Shown here: positions 49,861 through 61,799 of the stretch, piece by piece
How positions within the stretch are numbered: the first letter of the stretch is position 1
Layout of the letters: each line of letters starts with the position of its first letter
Assembly: GCF_004010195.1 (NCBI RefSeq)
Contig: NC_057755.1
Coordinates: 3,991,462-4,055,461, forward strand
Direction: 5' to 3'
DNA: 64,000 bases
Source: Chiloscyllium plagiosum
Taxonomy: Eukaryota
Program-made: the position numbers and the translations under genes
Notes under the pieces: model-generated
Database searches by the model: none
Told to the model about the DNA's origin: nothing
Seen by the model: the letters and a program-made list of their open reading frames with translations, nothing else

Positions 49861-51600
49861 CGTGCACATGCATGTGGCGAATGCGTTGGTGAAGACCACA
49901 GTTTGGAGGTCATTGTGAAGCAGGTGGAGAATGGTGACATAATTCTGTGAGCATCCACGATGATGAAAGATTATAATCTTTCTTCAGCTCAATCAAAGCC
50001 ATCTACAACCCGAGTACCAAGGTCCTCCCTCACGGTCCACAGAGTTGAAGGCTTGAAGACCGAAGAAGGCCATGTACAGAGGTTGCCTCTGTTCCCTGAA
50101 CTTTGCTTGGATTTGTCACACACTGACAATCCTGGCCATTCAGCCTCTTGATGGGCAGAAACTGCGCTGAGACTCGGGAGGAGCTCTTCAGCCACTGGGA
50201 GGATGGCGTGAGGAGGATTCTCACGATGACCTTGCCCATGGTGGACAGTGGAAAATCTCTCTGTGCGATCGGACCTGTCTCCTTTCTTGAAGACGGTCAC
50301 AGCATTTGACGTCTCTGAGATTTCTGAGCATGTTCCCTTCATTCCAGACCAGGATGGTGAGGTGGAGTCATGTCAAGAATGACTCAGCCATATTTTAGTC
50401 CTTCAGCGGGAATTCGATCTGTGCTGGTGGCCCCGTTGCTGTTCTGTTGTTGGAGGTGTTTTTGCCTTCAGGCTGGTTGGAGGTTTGCTGAGATGGCGGT
50501 GGGTACTGTTTTGTGGGATGGAATTAGGACCACTTGTGCTGAAGGCTGTGAATTGGTGGTGGAGTCCCTCGAAGTGCTCTCTCCAGCGAGTGCTGAGTGC
50601 CTCTTGGTCTTCGATGAGGGGCTCTTTGTGTTTGGCTCTCAGTGTGGTCACTCCCTTGGTACTCGGGTTGTAGATGGCTTTGATTGAGCTGAAGAAACCA
50701 GTCATTTTCTGGCTGTAAGTGAGTCACGGACCCTCCTGCTGGCTCTCTCCACCCACAATCTATTCTTTAGGTCACGGCTTCTTCGTTAAACCTCGACCTA
50801 CATTTGTGTCTCCGCTTGTTTCCTTTAGCTGGAGTTATGGTGGAGCTGTCGGTTCAGGACTACCTGACGTTTGCAGTTTTGGAGATCTTGCATTTCCTGC
50901 ATATTCACACTGAGCCAGTCCTGCGGTTTCCTGGTCAAGAGGACAGGGGTATCCACACAGCTGCTGACTGGGGAGGGGTTTTGGGTGGACAAGATGCTGT
51001 GGGTACACTGTCATTCAGGTATCTTGGTCATCATCAGGTCGGCTGTGAGGCCCTGCCTGATAAAAGCTTTCTTCAGTGGGCTAGCGATAGTTTGAGGCTG
51101 GTGTGGAATGAGTCTTTTGTCTGCTACATTGTGTCTAGATTCACGGCAGAGCCACTGACGGCTGTGAAGTACTGCTCCTTGCTCAGGGTGTGTCAGAGGG
51201 TCATGAAGAGCTCATTTACCCCGCAGGAGGATTTGTTGGAATGTCCGACTAGTTTGTTGGTTATAGTAAACCCTATCACATGGAGCGAGTGTTCTGTGTT
51301 TGCTTTTCCCGAAGAAGGTGTAACGGCCAACTTGTTATTTAAGTCGCCTTTTTCCTGCCAGTCATATCCCACTCACAGGGATAATGTCAGTGTTGTGCTC
51401 CTGGGCGATGGCAGCGGCGTCTCTTGGTGTTGGTGTTATCCATCAAGTTCCTGATTTTCCAGCTCCCAGATTCATTTGGAGGTGGGGCAGGCTTGGATGG
51501 AAGCGGCCTGTTTGTGCATGCCTTCAATGTGGAGTGGTCACGGCAGACCAACCACCACATGGTCCCAACGGAGAGATATCTGGAGCCTAATGGCAGGGAA
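49860..51600 (-). mobile_element. RTE-clade (BovB-like) LINE, degenerate
   Basis: APE start WKIRNLMDN, FFSSIKAIYNP...RWREHFEGL, and FKKGDRSD. Confidence 0.85.
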
Positions 51601-51685
51601 AATCCGAGAGAACTGAAGACCATGCTCCGCTTTACGACGCTGTTGGGTTTCTTGGAACAGGGAAGAGTTAGAAAGTGGTTCTGTT

Positions 51686-51994
51686 ATGATTAGATTAGAT
51701 TAGAATACTTTTCAGTGTGGAAACAGGCCCTTCGGCCCAACACGTCCACACCGACCCGCCGAAGCGCAACCCACCCATACCCCTTACCTAACACTACGGA
51801 CAATTTAGCATGGCCAATTCACCTAACCTGCACATCTTTAGACTGTGGGAGGAAACCGGAGCACCCAGAGGAAACCCACGCAGACACAGGGAGAATGTGC
51901 AAACTCCACACAGTCAGTCGCCTGAGGCGGGAATTGAACCCGGGTCTCTGGCGCTGTGAGGCAGCAGTGCTAACCACTGTGCCACCGTGCCGCC
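51686..51994 (-). mobile_element. Young HE1-like V-SINE, complete
   Basis: tRNA-derived head with A box (tggcacagtgg) and B box (ggttcaattcc), V-domain, CR1-like tail and (taatc)n end. Confidence 0.92.
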
Positions 51995-52377
51995 CAAACA
52001 ATTTTCACCCAACTCTCACAACAAGCATAACTACCTCCTACAAGTAGATTTGTAATTCATTTGCATAAGCTTCTCTCTGTTCAAGCATTCGGGAAACAAA
52101 AACAAGTGAACAAGACCTGCTGGCTCAAAATCTTGGAATTCCCTCCCTCAGGGCATTGTGGGTCTACTTCCAGCACATGGCCTGCAGCGGTTCAAGGAGG
52201 CAGCTCATCCTCACCTTGTCAATAGCATCAAGGGACGGCTAATAAATACTGGCCTAGCCAGGAACACTCATATCCTGCAAATGAACAGGAATAAAATGAT
52301 TACTTTGAGTGTGTGTCTTGGTTAGGGGAGTGTGGTTGTGGTGGGAAATGTAGCAGCCTCCTGACTGTTTTACAGTT

Positions 52378-52540
52378 CTGCTGGAAAAGCACAGCCAGTG
52401 AAGCAGCATCAGGAATGATGAAGGGCTTCTGCTCGAAACGTCGATTCTCCTGCTCCTCGATGCTGCCTGAAGGGCTGGACTTTTCCAACATCACTCGCTT
52501 TGACTCTAATGTCCAGTATCTGCACTCCTCACTTTCTCCT
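52378..52540. mobile_element. Fold-back PLE terminal fragment
   Basis: Inverted arms around atgatgaagggcttctgctcgaaacgtc. Confidence 0.75.
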
Positions 52541-52984
52541 TACTGTTTAACGCAGATAGATGGCCACCTTAGCCAAACAGCAAGGACTGCTGGGTATATT
52601 GGCCAAGCAAAACTCTACAGTCATAAAACCCACACACCAGGCACAGCATGAACACAGCAACCAGGTGATAATGACACTAGCATAATGTGAAAGGTAACAG
52701 TTATCCTGGACAGGCACATCCCCAACAATTTACCTACTGAACAGAAGAGCACCCAGAGAGAAAGGTCTTGCTACACAAAGAAACAAACAGTAGCAAACTG
52801 TCCAAATGATTGACAATGTTTCAAACTATTGACCAATTCTCCTGATTGGCAAGCAGTGTGGAATGTTACAGAAAACCATCCGACGGAGTGCAACAATTGG
52901 TTTCACCTGCAGACGGATTCCTTGAATCTTCTGGAGGCCTCCCTCGGAGAGCAGCGCAGCAAAAAGCAGAGATCAGCTGACCAT

Positions 52985-53185
52985 ACAGACGGGGGAGAGA
53001 GAGAGAGAAAGAAAAGGGGGTGGGTGGATGAAGAGAGAGTGGGAGGGTGGAGTCGGCAGAGAGAGCGAGAGGGATTGAGACGAGAGAGAGAATGGGGAGA
53101 GGAAGGGAGAGAGAGACAGATACACAGAGAGAAAGAGAGAGAGTGATGGGGAAGAAGGAGGCACAGAGATAAAGCGAGAGCACGC

Positions 53186-53218
<33 letters not shown>

Positions 53219-53300
53219 GGTGGAAGAGAGATCGACAGAGAGCAGCTTCGTAGCCACGAGACAGAGAGAGAGGGAGGGAGAGCAGGAAAGAGAGACTGGA
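52985..53300. repeat. Degenerate (GA)n tract
   Basis: Seen directly in the sequence. Confidence 0.9.
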
Positions 53301-53534
53301 TAAATCTGCAAGATATTCAGGAACTATTGTAAGGTAAAAGAGCCAGACAGGATGGGAGACAGTGTGTGTATGATGACAGGGTATTGGAACGCATACCTCA
53401 TGAAGAAGGGACTGTTTAATTTGGTATTGGCTTGTGTTCGTAGCGATTTGACCGTTTCAGTATTATGTGAAACCTGAGCACGTTCATTCAGATCATTCTG
53501 GTCTGAGTTGTCAAATTTGTTTCAAAGAGGAATA

Positions 53535-53800
53535 AGGAGAAAGTGAGGACTGCAGATGCTGGAGGCCAGAGTGAAGAGTGTGGTGTTAGAAAAGCGCAGC
53601 AAGTCAGGCAGCATCGGAGGAGCAGGAGAATCGACATTTCAGGCTTTCTTGATGAAGGGTTTATGCCTGAAACATCGATTCTCCTGCACCTCGGATGCAG
53701 CTCGGCGAACAGAACCACAACAACGAGCACCCGAGCTACAAATCTTCGCACAAACTTTGAACCTCGGATGCTGCCTGACATGCAGTGCTTTCTCAACACC
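53535..53800. mobile_element. Fold-back PLE terminus with a nested short insertion
   Basis: Inverted arms; an internal segment of about 60 bp is flanked by acctcggatgc (53688-53698 and 53761-53771). Confidence 0.75.
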
Positions 53801-54795
53801 AATCCTAAGGAGGAATTAGACATCTGCCTCATCTCTGGAATTACCTCATGAATATCCTCTGAACTGCCTCCAATGTAATTATATCCCTCCTCAAGTGAGG
53901 GGTCCAAACCTGTCCTGAACACTCCAGCTGAGGTACCACTAATACCTTCTGCAGTGTGGCAACACTTCCCAAGTTGTATATTCTATTCCTTTCATAATAA
54001 CTGTCATAATGCTACATGCCTTCCTTATTAACCACAGTAGCTATAAGGCCAGAGAGAGGTCAGTGATGGATCTGATTGGACAGAGACACTAAGGTTGAGG
54101 TTAGAGATGAATTTGGTTGGACAGACAATGAGGGTTATGTCATTGATGTGTTTGGAGAGTGACAAGAAAAGGGAGTTAGGTGAGGTCTCTGAATAGGAAT
54201 TGAAATTAATACTGTGGTCAGTGATGTTTCTGGATGGACAGGAATATTAAGAGTGAGGTCAGTGACAACTTCATTGATGTGAAACCCATCTTATTCACTA
54301 AGTCTCCTTTCCTCGGGAAAGGCAGAGTGTTCTCTTCCCTTGGTGCTTCATGTGACTCCAGGTCCTGGGCAATAGGGAATGGAGAATAAATGCTGACCTC
54401 AGCAGTAATGCACACTTTCAGTGTGTGAGAAGATTCACAATTCAATCAGTGAGTGAAATGTTCTTGTTTAAATCAGGCAGCTCCTACCTGAGAGTACAGA
54501 AGGACAGCTCTGACACATGTTTTCACACTTGGAGTAAACTGTCTCAATGCAGCATCTATTGAAATATTTTGTGACCTTGAGATGAGGCTCATGGTGTTTG
54601 AGTGGACAGTGTTGTTGCTGGCAGATTCCAGACTCTGTTTTTGTTATTGTGTTATGATGTACTGAGCAGCAACACTCCTTCATTATTGGGATTAAAATTG
54701 TTTTTGGAATATTTGTTCATTGACAGAAATTTGAAGAACAGCAACAAAGCTGAGTAATACTATCACCCCAATCTCCCCAAGGAGCTTCTACACAG

Positions 54796-54802
54796 TATAA
54801 AA
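54796..54802 (+). promoter_or_regulatory. Candidate TATA box of the GPCR gene
   Basis: TATAAAA about 90 nt upstream of the exon-1 ATG (54888), with CCAAT at about 54768. Confidence 0.5.
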
Positions 54803-54887
54803 TAGTGTCTCTGGGAATGCATCAACTCAGGGTCTCAAACAAGGAGTTGTCAGCTGTGTGAAGGGACAGATCACTTCGCATGGAATA

Positions 54888-57256
54888 ATGTATCGACCAG
54901 TGCCAGATGTGGAGAGGGTGTTCTACACTATCCTTGCTATTATTGGTGCTCCTGGTATGACTTTATGACAATTGAACTTGTTTTAGTCTGCTGCTGATCT
55001 CGTCTCTAGTTTTATCTTTTGAACAATAATGTCTCCAGCTCACTGACTGGTCAGCCTTATCCAGACACGGGAACAGTGACAGCGATTCACTAAGCAGCAA
55101 TCTCGGTACAATTCTCCACTGACAGAGACTCCCGAATTCTCTGATCACAGTGTTCTGTTATCTGTTCCGGTTTCATACGTTGTGAGGGTATGAGGAGAGC
55201 TCAGGCAAGTTAGTTCCGAAAAATTTCACTGGATGTTAGATGTGAACTCTGCTTTCTCTCCCAAGATTCTGCCAGTCCTGCTGAGGTTTTCTGTTTCTGT
55301 TACACAAATGAAACTTGTTTTCTCTCGAATTGAAAAGGTTAAGGGTTGACCTGAGCAAGACCCCACAAGATATTAAGAAAAAACAGATTGGAAAATATAA
55401 ACTATTCTCATTGGTTGGGGATTCTAGAGTGAGGAAGCATTGTGTGAGTGTTCGGGTCGGAGTGTTCCAACTTGGGAAGCATTTTAAAACAGAAAGTGTG
55501 GTAATGTGTTGGAAATAATTTTCACAAATGGCAGTGGATCCAGGATCAGTTTAGGACTTTATACTTGAGGCGTGACTTTTTATTGTGAAGCAAATGAACT
55601 GAGGGATGTGTACCCCGTATTACTTTGTATAGCTTCGTCTACTTATCATCCCTTCTGGAAATTCTCTCCTCCTCATTGTCTCTAGCCAGTGGATTCAAAT
55701 CTTGACAGATTGATCTACTGATCCCTGCACTTCAAGATGTTTGTCATATACAGATGGTGTAGATTTACAGTAGAAATACCAGAACAGTCCTAGCACTCAC
55801 ACTTTGTCATTAAGGGGGCTGACCTTGCTTCATATATATGTGGAGTAGTGTTCGAGATCTTAAATAGCTTCTGATGACCTGTTACTTGATCCTGTTGTGG
55901 TTCTGAACAGGATTTGGTTCAATACTAAGCGCAGGGGGTGACCTGATTAAGGAGAAGTGGTGAGTTTGATTTATTGGCAGTCCATTCTCCAGTCCTGTGT
56001 CTGAGTTGGGACTGAGTTTTCTAATTGGGTTCTGTGCCTACCAGAGTTGGAGCTGAGAATTGTCAGAATCTACTACACTTATTCAGATAGTACACGTGCA
56101 GCCATACAAAATCATAGACTTCCTTCTGCCCACCGAGGAGGAACCATCAGCTCAGGCTCTCTCCAAACCAATATCTGGAGAGACTGGGCAGAGGACAATC
56201 TGGGGTGTCTGTGGAAGCCCTAAAATTCAAACTCACTCAATGCCATCCATTTCCACTCACACACTGTGGCAGTTTTAGCTGGGAGAACCTTATTGTTACA
56301 TTCTCGAACAGGCAGGAGGAAATTGTGATCAGTAATTCATCACATCTTTTCCCTTTTGTCTCCCACAGTTAATTTGTTGTCGATTGCTTTCCCTTCCTGG
56401 GGAAAATGCGGCGTTTCCTCTTGTACTACTAGCTACCTGGTGATTATGGCGGCTGCCAATCTGCTGGTCATTATCACTGGTGTTTTACTGTTGAGAATTC
56501 GCATTGTGTTTTCTTGACATCACTCCTGTGTGTATTCTTTCTTCCGTTCTGTATCGTGTAGCTGCTAAATGCTCCATCTGGTGCATCATCACTTTCTCCT
56601 TTGACCGATTTGTTACCATTTGTTGTCAAAAGCTGAAAACAAAATATTGCACTGAGAAAACTGCGACTGTGATTCTAGCAATAACCTGCACCCTGTTCTG
56701 TTTGAAAAGATCCACTTCTATTTTCAGGATGAACCTTGGAAGATAATCAACAATATGCCATTCTACTGTGTAACAAAGTCAAGCTACTTTACTGAGACGT
56801 GGTGGGTGGCATTAGATTGGCTTGCTTCAGCTTTGATCCCTTTAATACCATTTTCTTTGATTCTTTTGCTCAATGCTCTGACAGTCAGACACATTTTAGT
56901 GACAGGTCGAATCCGGAAGAGGCTGAAAGGTGAGAGAAAAGGAGAGAATCACAGAGACGTAGTGATGGACAGCAGAAGGAAGGCTGTGATTTTGCTGTTC
57001 ACCATCTCTGGGAGCTTCATCCTCCTCTGGTTAATCTATGTTGGGTAGGTTTCTTATAATATATCATTCAAGGAATCAATCCTAACGATTAATCGAGTTT
57101 TCTGTATTACTTCAAGAGCGTCGGGTACATGCTGCAGACCCTAAGTTGTTGCACAAATACATTTATTTACGCAGCAAGATTGTCTGCGTTCAGAGAGACG
57201 ATCAGTAATGCTGTAAAATACCTCGTTACATGAATTTCTCGTGTTATAAATAAATA
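54888..57256 (+). pseudogene. Two-exon GPR139/GPR142-like class A GPCR pseudogene (exon 1 54888-54954, exon 2 56369-57256)
   Basis: Exon 1 MYRPVPDVERVFYTILAIIGAP with phase-1 donor gtatga; acceptor tcccacag. Exon 2 reads NLLSI..GKCGVSSCTTSYLVIMAAANLLVII, FSFDRFVTICCQKLKTKYCTEKTA, PLIPFSLILLLNALTVRHIL, SRRKAVILLFTISGSFILLW, LSCCTNTFIY. Frameshifts at about 56505 and 56710 and a stop at 57046. Confidence 0.9.
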
Positions 57257-57324
57257 AAACCCCACAGTTAACAAAACAGGAGGTGCCTATTGTTTCCAGA
57301 CCATGAAACGATGGTTTAAAAATA

Positions 57325-57817
57325 TTCACTCATGGGATGTGAGCATTGTTGTAGGGGTCAGCATCTATTTCCCATCCATAATTGCTCCTTGTGAAGGTGG
57401 TGGTGAGATGTCTTCTTAATCCACTGCAGCCTACAATGTCCTGAGGGAGGGAGTTGCATGATTTTGACCCAGCGACAGTGAAGGAACAGCGATGTATTTT
57501 CAACTCAGGATGGTGAGGTTCCTGGAGGGGACTTTGCAGGGGGTATGTTCCCAGGTATTAGCTGCCCTTGCCCTCCCAGATGGAAGTGGTCATGGGTTTG
57601 GAAGGTGCTGTCTGAGGATTTTTGGTGAATTTCTGCAGTGCACCTTGTAGATGAAATACTCTGCTGCGACTGAGTGTCAGATGTGGTGAGAGTGCATTTT
57701 TGTGGATGTAGGACGAATCAGTTGGGTTGCTTCGTCCTGGATGGTGTAGAACTTCTTGAGTGATTGTTGGATATGCCTCCATCCAGGCAAGTGGGGAGTA
57801 TTCCCTCACACTCCTGA
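57325..57817 (-). mobile_element. LINE 3' fragment (second CR1/L2-group family)
   Basis: REYSPLAWMEAYPT plus the 3' UTR shared with 48165-48650. Confidence 0.8.
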
Positions 57818-58189
57818 CAGAGTGTCCTTATCCCAGTGCAGGGAGAGAGTTGAGCTGGGAACCTGAAGATTTCCCATTGTAGCACAATCCAATGGAATTG
57901 TCCAAGGAATTGGAATCTCCTACTGCGTAATTCTTGTCAGCTTGAATCCTCTGTAATTCTCCATCACAATCAAATGCTTCAGAGGGTGCTGATGAAATTA
58001 AATAGAATAGTTAATCAGAAAATGTATGGTTATTAAATACATGGTCTCACTGCTCAGTAGCAATCCAACAGACGCCATACTAATGTCATAATCAGCCAAC
58101 GATGACCTGTTTCAATGTGAGAAATTGTGGCAGGTGATTGTATGATGTTATCAGAACGCACCCACCAAACTTTTATTAATGTAACTTTA

Positions 58190-58500
58190 AAAATCCGACA
58201 ACTCCAGGTTACAGTCCAACAGGTTTAATTGGAAGCACGAGCTTTTGGAGCGCTGCTCCTTATCAGGTGGTTGTGCAACAGGATCATATGACACAGAGTG
58301 TATATCAAAAGTTTACAGTGTGATATTACTGAAATTATCTATTGAAAAAGACCTGGATCATTTGTTATGTCTAACATCTTTTAGAATGTGCATGTTGATT
58401 TCAGTTCATTCATATGTAAATTACAGAACTTTCTTAAATTGCATTCTCAAGTGAACTTTAACAATAGCTGCCATGTTGGCCCAGATAATGGGTTGAAGGT
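58190..58500 (-). mobile_element. Terminus of a different PLE family
   Basis: Minus strand ctgataaggagcagcgctccaaaagctcg (degenerate hammerhead) and caattaaacctgttggact; related fragments at 23865-23990 and 31470-31535. Confidence 0.65.
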
Positions 58501-58929
58501 TATTTATGCAGGAACATTGTCTCGCTCCAGAGAGAAGTTCAGTAGCACAGTAAAATATCTCGTATCATGAATACTTTATGTTATGAATAATTAAAACGTA
58601 TGAATAATAACAAAAGCTGGGGTTTTTTTTAGCATCAAGCTTACAAATTCCAATGGGCTGCTACACCATTGCAGCCTGGAAGAATGTACTGTATTTATTT
58701 ATAGTGAAGTGAAGATTCAAAACCATGCAATAAATCTCTGCTGTTAAAAAAAGAATACAACGCTACCCTCTACTGTCGTCTCCATGTCACTACATGTGGT
58801 GCTGTGGAGGATTCATTCCCTCAAGGATTCAGTCAGAGAGAAACAGAGAGAGACAGACAGCAGCAGCTCACAACATAATCGAAACTGACAGTACCATCAA
58901 CACACAGACACACTCAGATATACAGACAG

Positions 58930-59135
58930 ATTCGAAAAGCGCGATGCTGGAAAAGCACAGCCAATCAGGCAGCATCCGAGGAGCAAGAGAATAGACGGTT
59001 TGGGCAGAAGCTTTTCATGATGAGAAGCTTTTGCTTGAAGCGTTGACAGTCCCGCTGCTCGGATACTGCCTGACTGGCTGTGCTTTTCCAGCACCACACT
59101 TTTTGACTCTAATCACCATTATCTGCAGCCCTCAC
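58930..59135. mobile_element. Fold-back PLE terminal fragment
   Basis: Inverted arms gctggaaaagcacagcca / tggctgtgcttttccagc. Confidence 0.75.
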
Positions 59136-59429
59136 GTATTCACTTACGACTTTGCAAGGGATTGGGCAAAATTGCTCTGAGACTCCAACGACATTCTTTG
59201 AAGAATGAAACAAACGTGCAATTGGACACATTCACAGACTTAGTTTTATTCTCCAAAATAAATCTGATGTTTGTGCAGTGACATGGGGAGTCCAGCAGAC
59301 GGTGGTATTGTATCACTTGAAACACAAGAGGAACTGAGAGACAGAACTCTGAGACTTTGATTCAACACATTTAATTTATTTGACCAGACTTCCATTCGGA
59401 CAAAGTGATTCCCATTGCAGGCAGAGATG

Positions 59430-60030
59430 GACACACAGATACATGCACAAACACAAACACACGCATCAACATACATCAACATGAGCATCAAAATTGTATC
59501 ACCTTGGAAACAAGAAGGACAGAGGTGGGAGTTTGGACCCCATTTCAATGAGTTCACCCCCAAAACAACAGAAATAGACACAGAGATACAGACATAGAGA
59601 TACACACAAATACAGACACAGACTGTTACATTAACACACACCACACAAAAACACATGGAAATAGACATAGAGACACACACGGATATATGCATAAACAAAA
59701 AATCACTGTAATATGCAAACACTAATATACAATAACACACACACACATACCAACCGATACATAGTCACATACACAACTATAGAGACAGAAATGCTCAAAG
59801 ACAGACAGACACACACACACACACATATATACAGAAACACACACAGATGCACACAAACAGACACGTGCAGGCACACTCACAGACACGCATAAACATAGAC
59901 ACAGACACACACAGATATTCACAGACACACATACACATACACACAGATACACACATACAGACACACATACACACACAGACATTCGCAGACACACATGCAT
60001 TTGCAAACACAAATACAAATACATATCTTT
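59430..60030. repeat. Degenerate (CA)n-rich tract
   Basis: Seen directly in the sequence. Confidence 0.9.
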
Positions 60031-60235
60031 GAGAACAGCAATAAATGAAGACTCGAATAGAATTCGTAGTTGCTGAAACTGAATGACAAATTATTAGATT
60101 TATAGCAATGTGAGTTTACTGGAAATTCGTGCATAATTATACCTGGTTAGCTGTGTCTTTAACAAATCTGGGAAGGAATCAAGTAAAAAGTTGTCTGGTT
60201 AGCAGAATACATGGTTGCCTTTGGAAGGATGAATT

Positions 60236-60421
60236 AGGAGAAAGTGAGGACTGCAGATGCTGAGGATAAGAGCTTAAAAATGTGTTGCTGGAAAAGCGCA
60301 GCAGGTCAGGCAGCATCAAAGGAGAAGGAGAATCGACGTTTCGGGCCTTATAACGTCGATTCTCCTTCTCCTTTGATGCTGCCTGACCTGCTGCGCTTTT
60401 CCAGCAACACATTTTTAAGCT
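60236..60421. mobile_element. Very young fold-back PLE terminal insertion
   Basis: Perfect 70-bp inverted arms (60271-60340 and 60352-60421); flanks ctttggaaggatgaa / ctttgaaaggatgaa. Confidence 0.9.
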
Positions 60422-60439
60422 TTGAAAGGATGAAGACAA

Positions 60440-61500
60440 ATTGAAAAAAAAAGAACCAATGTTGGCCACCCATGATTTTTCCAGACTTTTCAAAATGACA
60501 GTTGATACTGGTGCCCTGGGGCTGTGTACTGTCTTGTTACAGGATGGTGACTCACGTATAGAGAAATCCATAGGGGACTTCTCTTAGAAACAATGACAGC
60601 CATTGGAAAAATACTCTCTTATGGAGAAGGGGGGCTTTGGAATTGCTGTTTGCCCTTCAACACTTTGATATCTATATCCGACAAAGAACAGTGAAATGCC
60701 CAATTACACTGATCATAATCCACTGGCCTTCATTGAAACATTTCAAATGAAGAATGCAGGACTTTTCCGATGGAGCCTTTTGTTACAACCACTTAATGCA
60801 AAGATTATGACCATTGCGGGAACATGTAATGTAATTGCCGATGTATGGTCCCAAGTGTTAAATTCTGGAATAAGGGAAAGTTTTAAGGAATGCTCAAATT
60901 GTATAGCATTGTTAGAGGGAAGGAGGAATAAATGGATAGCAATCTTGAGTTTTTTTGTGTGCATCATTTATTTTGTAAGGAAATGCATTTTTGAAATTGC
61001 ATTTCATGCTTCCGAGGCATATCATGATCATTGTTGAAAATAAAATCTGGAGTTTAATTGTGAAATTAAAACAAGAAAAGAGACACTTTAAAAACAAGAG
61101 ATTAGTGGAGAATTGTTGCATGATCTGAAAGCAATTCACCTGACGTTGAGGGTGAACCAATGATTGAAGTGTGGATGTGGATGAAATGAGTTATTTACAG
61201 ATGGAGTTTCAGTTTGCAGCAAGTAACTGATTGGTTTGTGAACATGTGACCAATTCTCAATGAGAAATGCCTTCAGCCTGCCAGTAACAATGTGATTGGT
61301 TCTCAGACAGCTGAACAACTTCGGGCTATGAACCTGATACAGAGAGGCCTTCAGACCTCCACCTGCTCAGGATCTCTCTCTGTTCTCTGCAGTTAAAGCT
61401 ACTTTAAGGCTGAGGAAACCTGGTTAATTGTTCCTTCAGCAGTTCCTGTGATGTCTGCCTTTTAATTAGTCTGTTAGGGACCGTTTATAAATGTGACCCA
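60440..61500 (+). mobile_element. Gypsy (Gmr1-type) RNase H end, 3' UTR and probable LTR remnant
   Basis: FKMTVDTG...VLLQ and YTDHNPLAF...FRWSLLLQ...IAGTCNVIADVWS, with no integrase downstream. Confidence 0.75.
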
Positions 61501-61799
61501 GTCCGTGTGTCTCTTGCAAATCACTGAGAGTTCCCAGAGAAGGAAGACTAGGAAGCAGCAATCTGATCAGCACAAGAACCAACACGAACATTCTTCTCTG
61601 TCTTTCCCTCCATCCATTACATGCTTTTCTCTCCTGTGTCTGCGTGTGTCTCTGTATGTGGGTGTGACAGTGGTTGTGTGCATGCGTGTATGCTCACGTG
61701 ACTGTGTCAATGTGTGCCTGTGTTGCTGTGTGTGCGGGTATCTGTGTGTGTGTGTGTGTGTGTGCATGCATGCATTTGTGTGTGTGAGTATGTGTCATT

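Noticed and set aside
51920..51994. tRNA gene
   Set aside because: The A and B boxes belong to the tRNA-derived head of an HE1-like SINE that continues into the V-domain and LINE-like tail.
54888..57256. Functional GPR139 ortholog
   Set aside because: It has frameshifts and a premature stop, and its motifs differ from canonical GPR139, so no gene symbol is assigned.
59246..60134. Cys/Val-rich or His/Thr-rich ORFs (similar low-complexity ORFs at 41838-42372, 52829-53311 and 61493-61813)
   Set aside because: Translations of dinucleotide-rich simple repeats.
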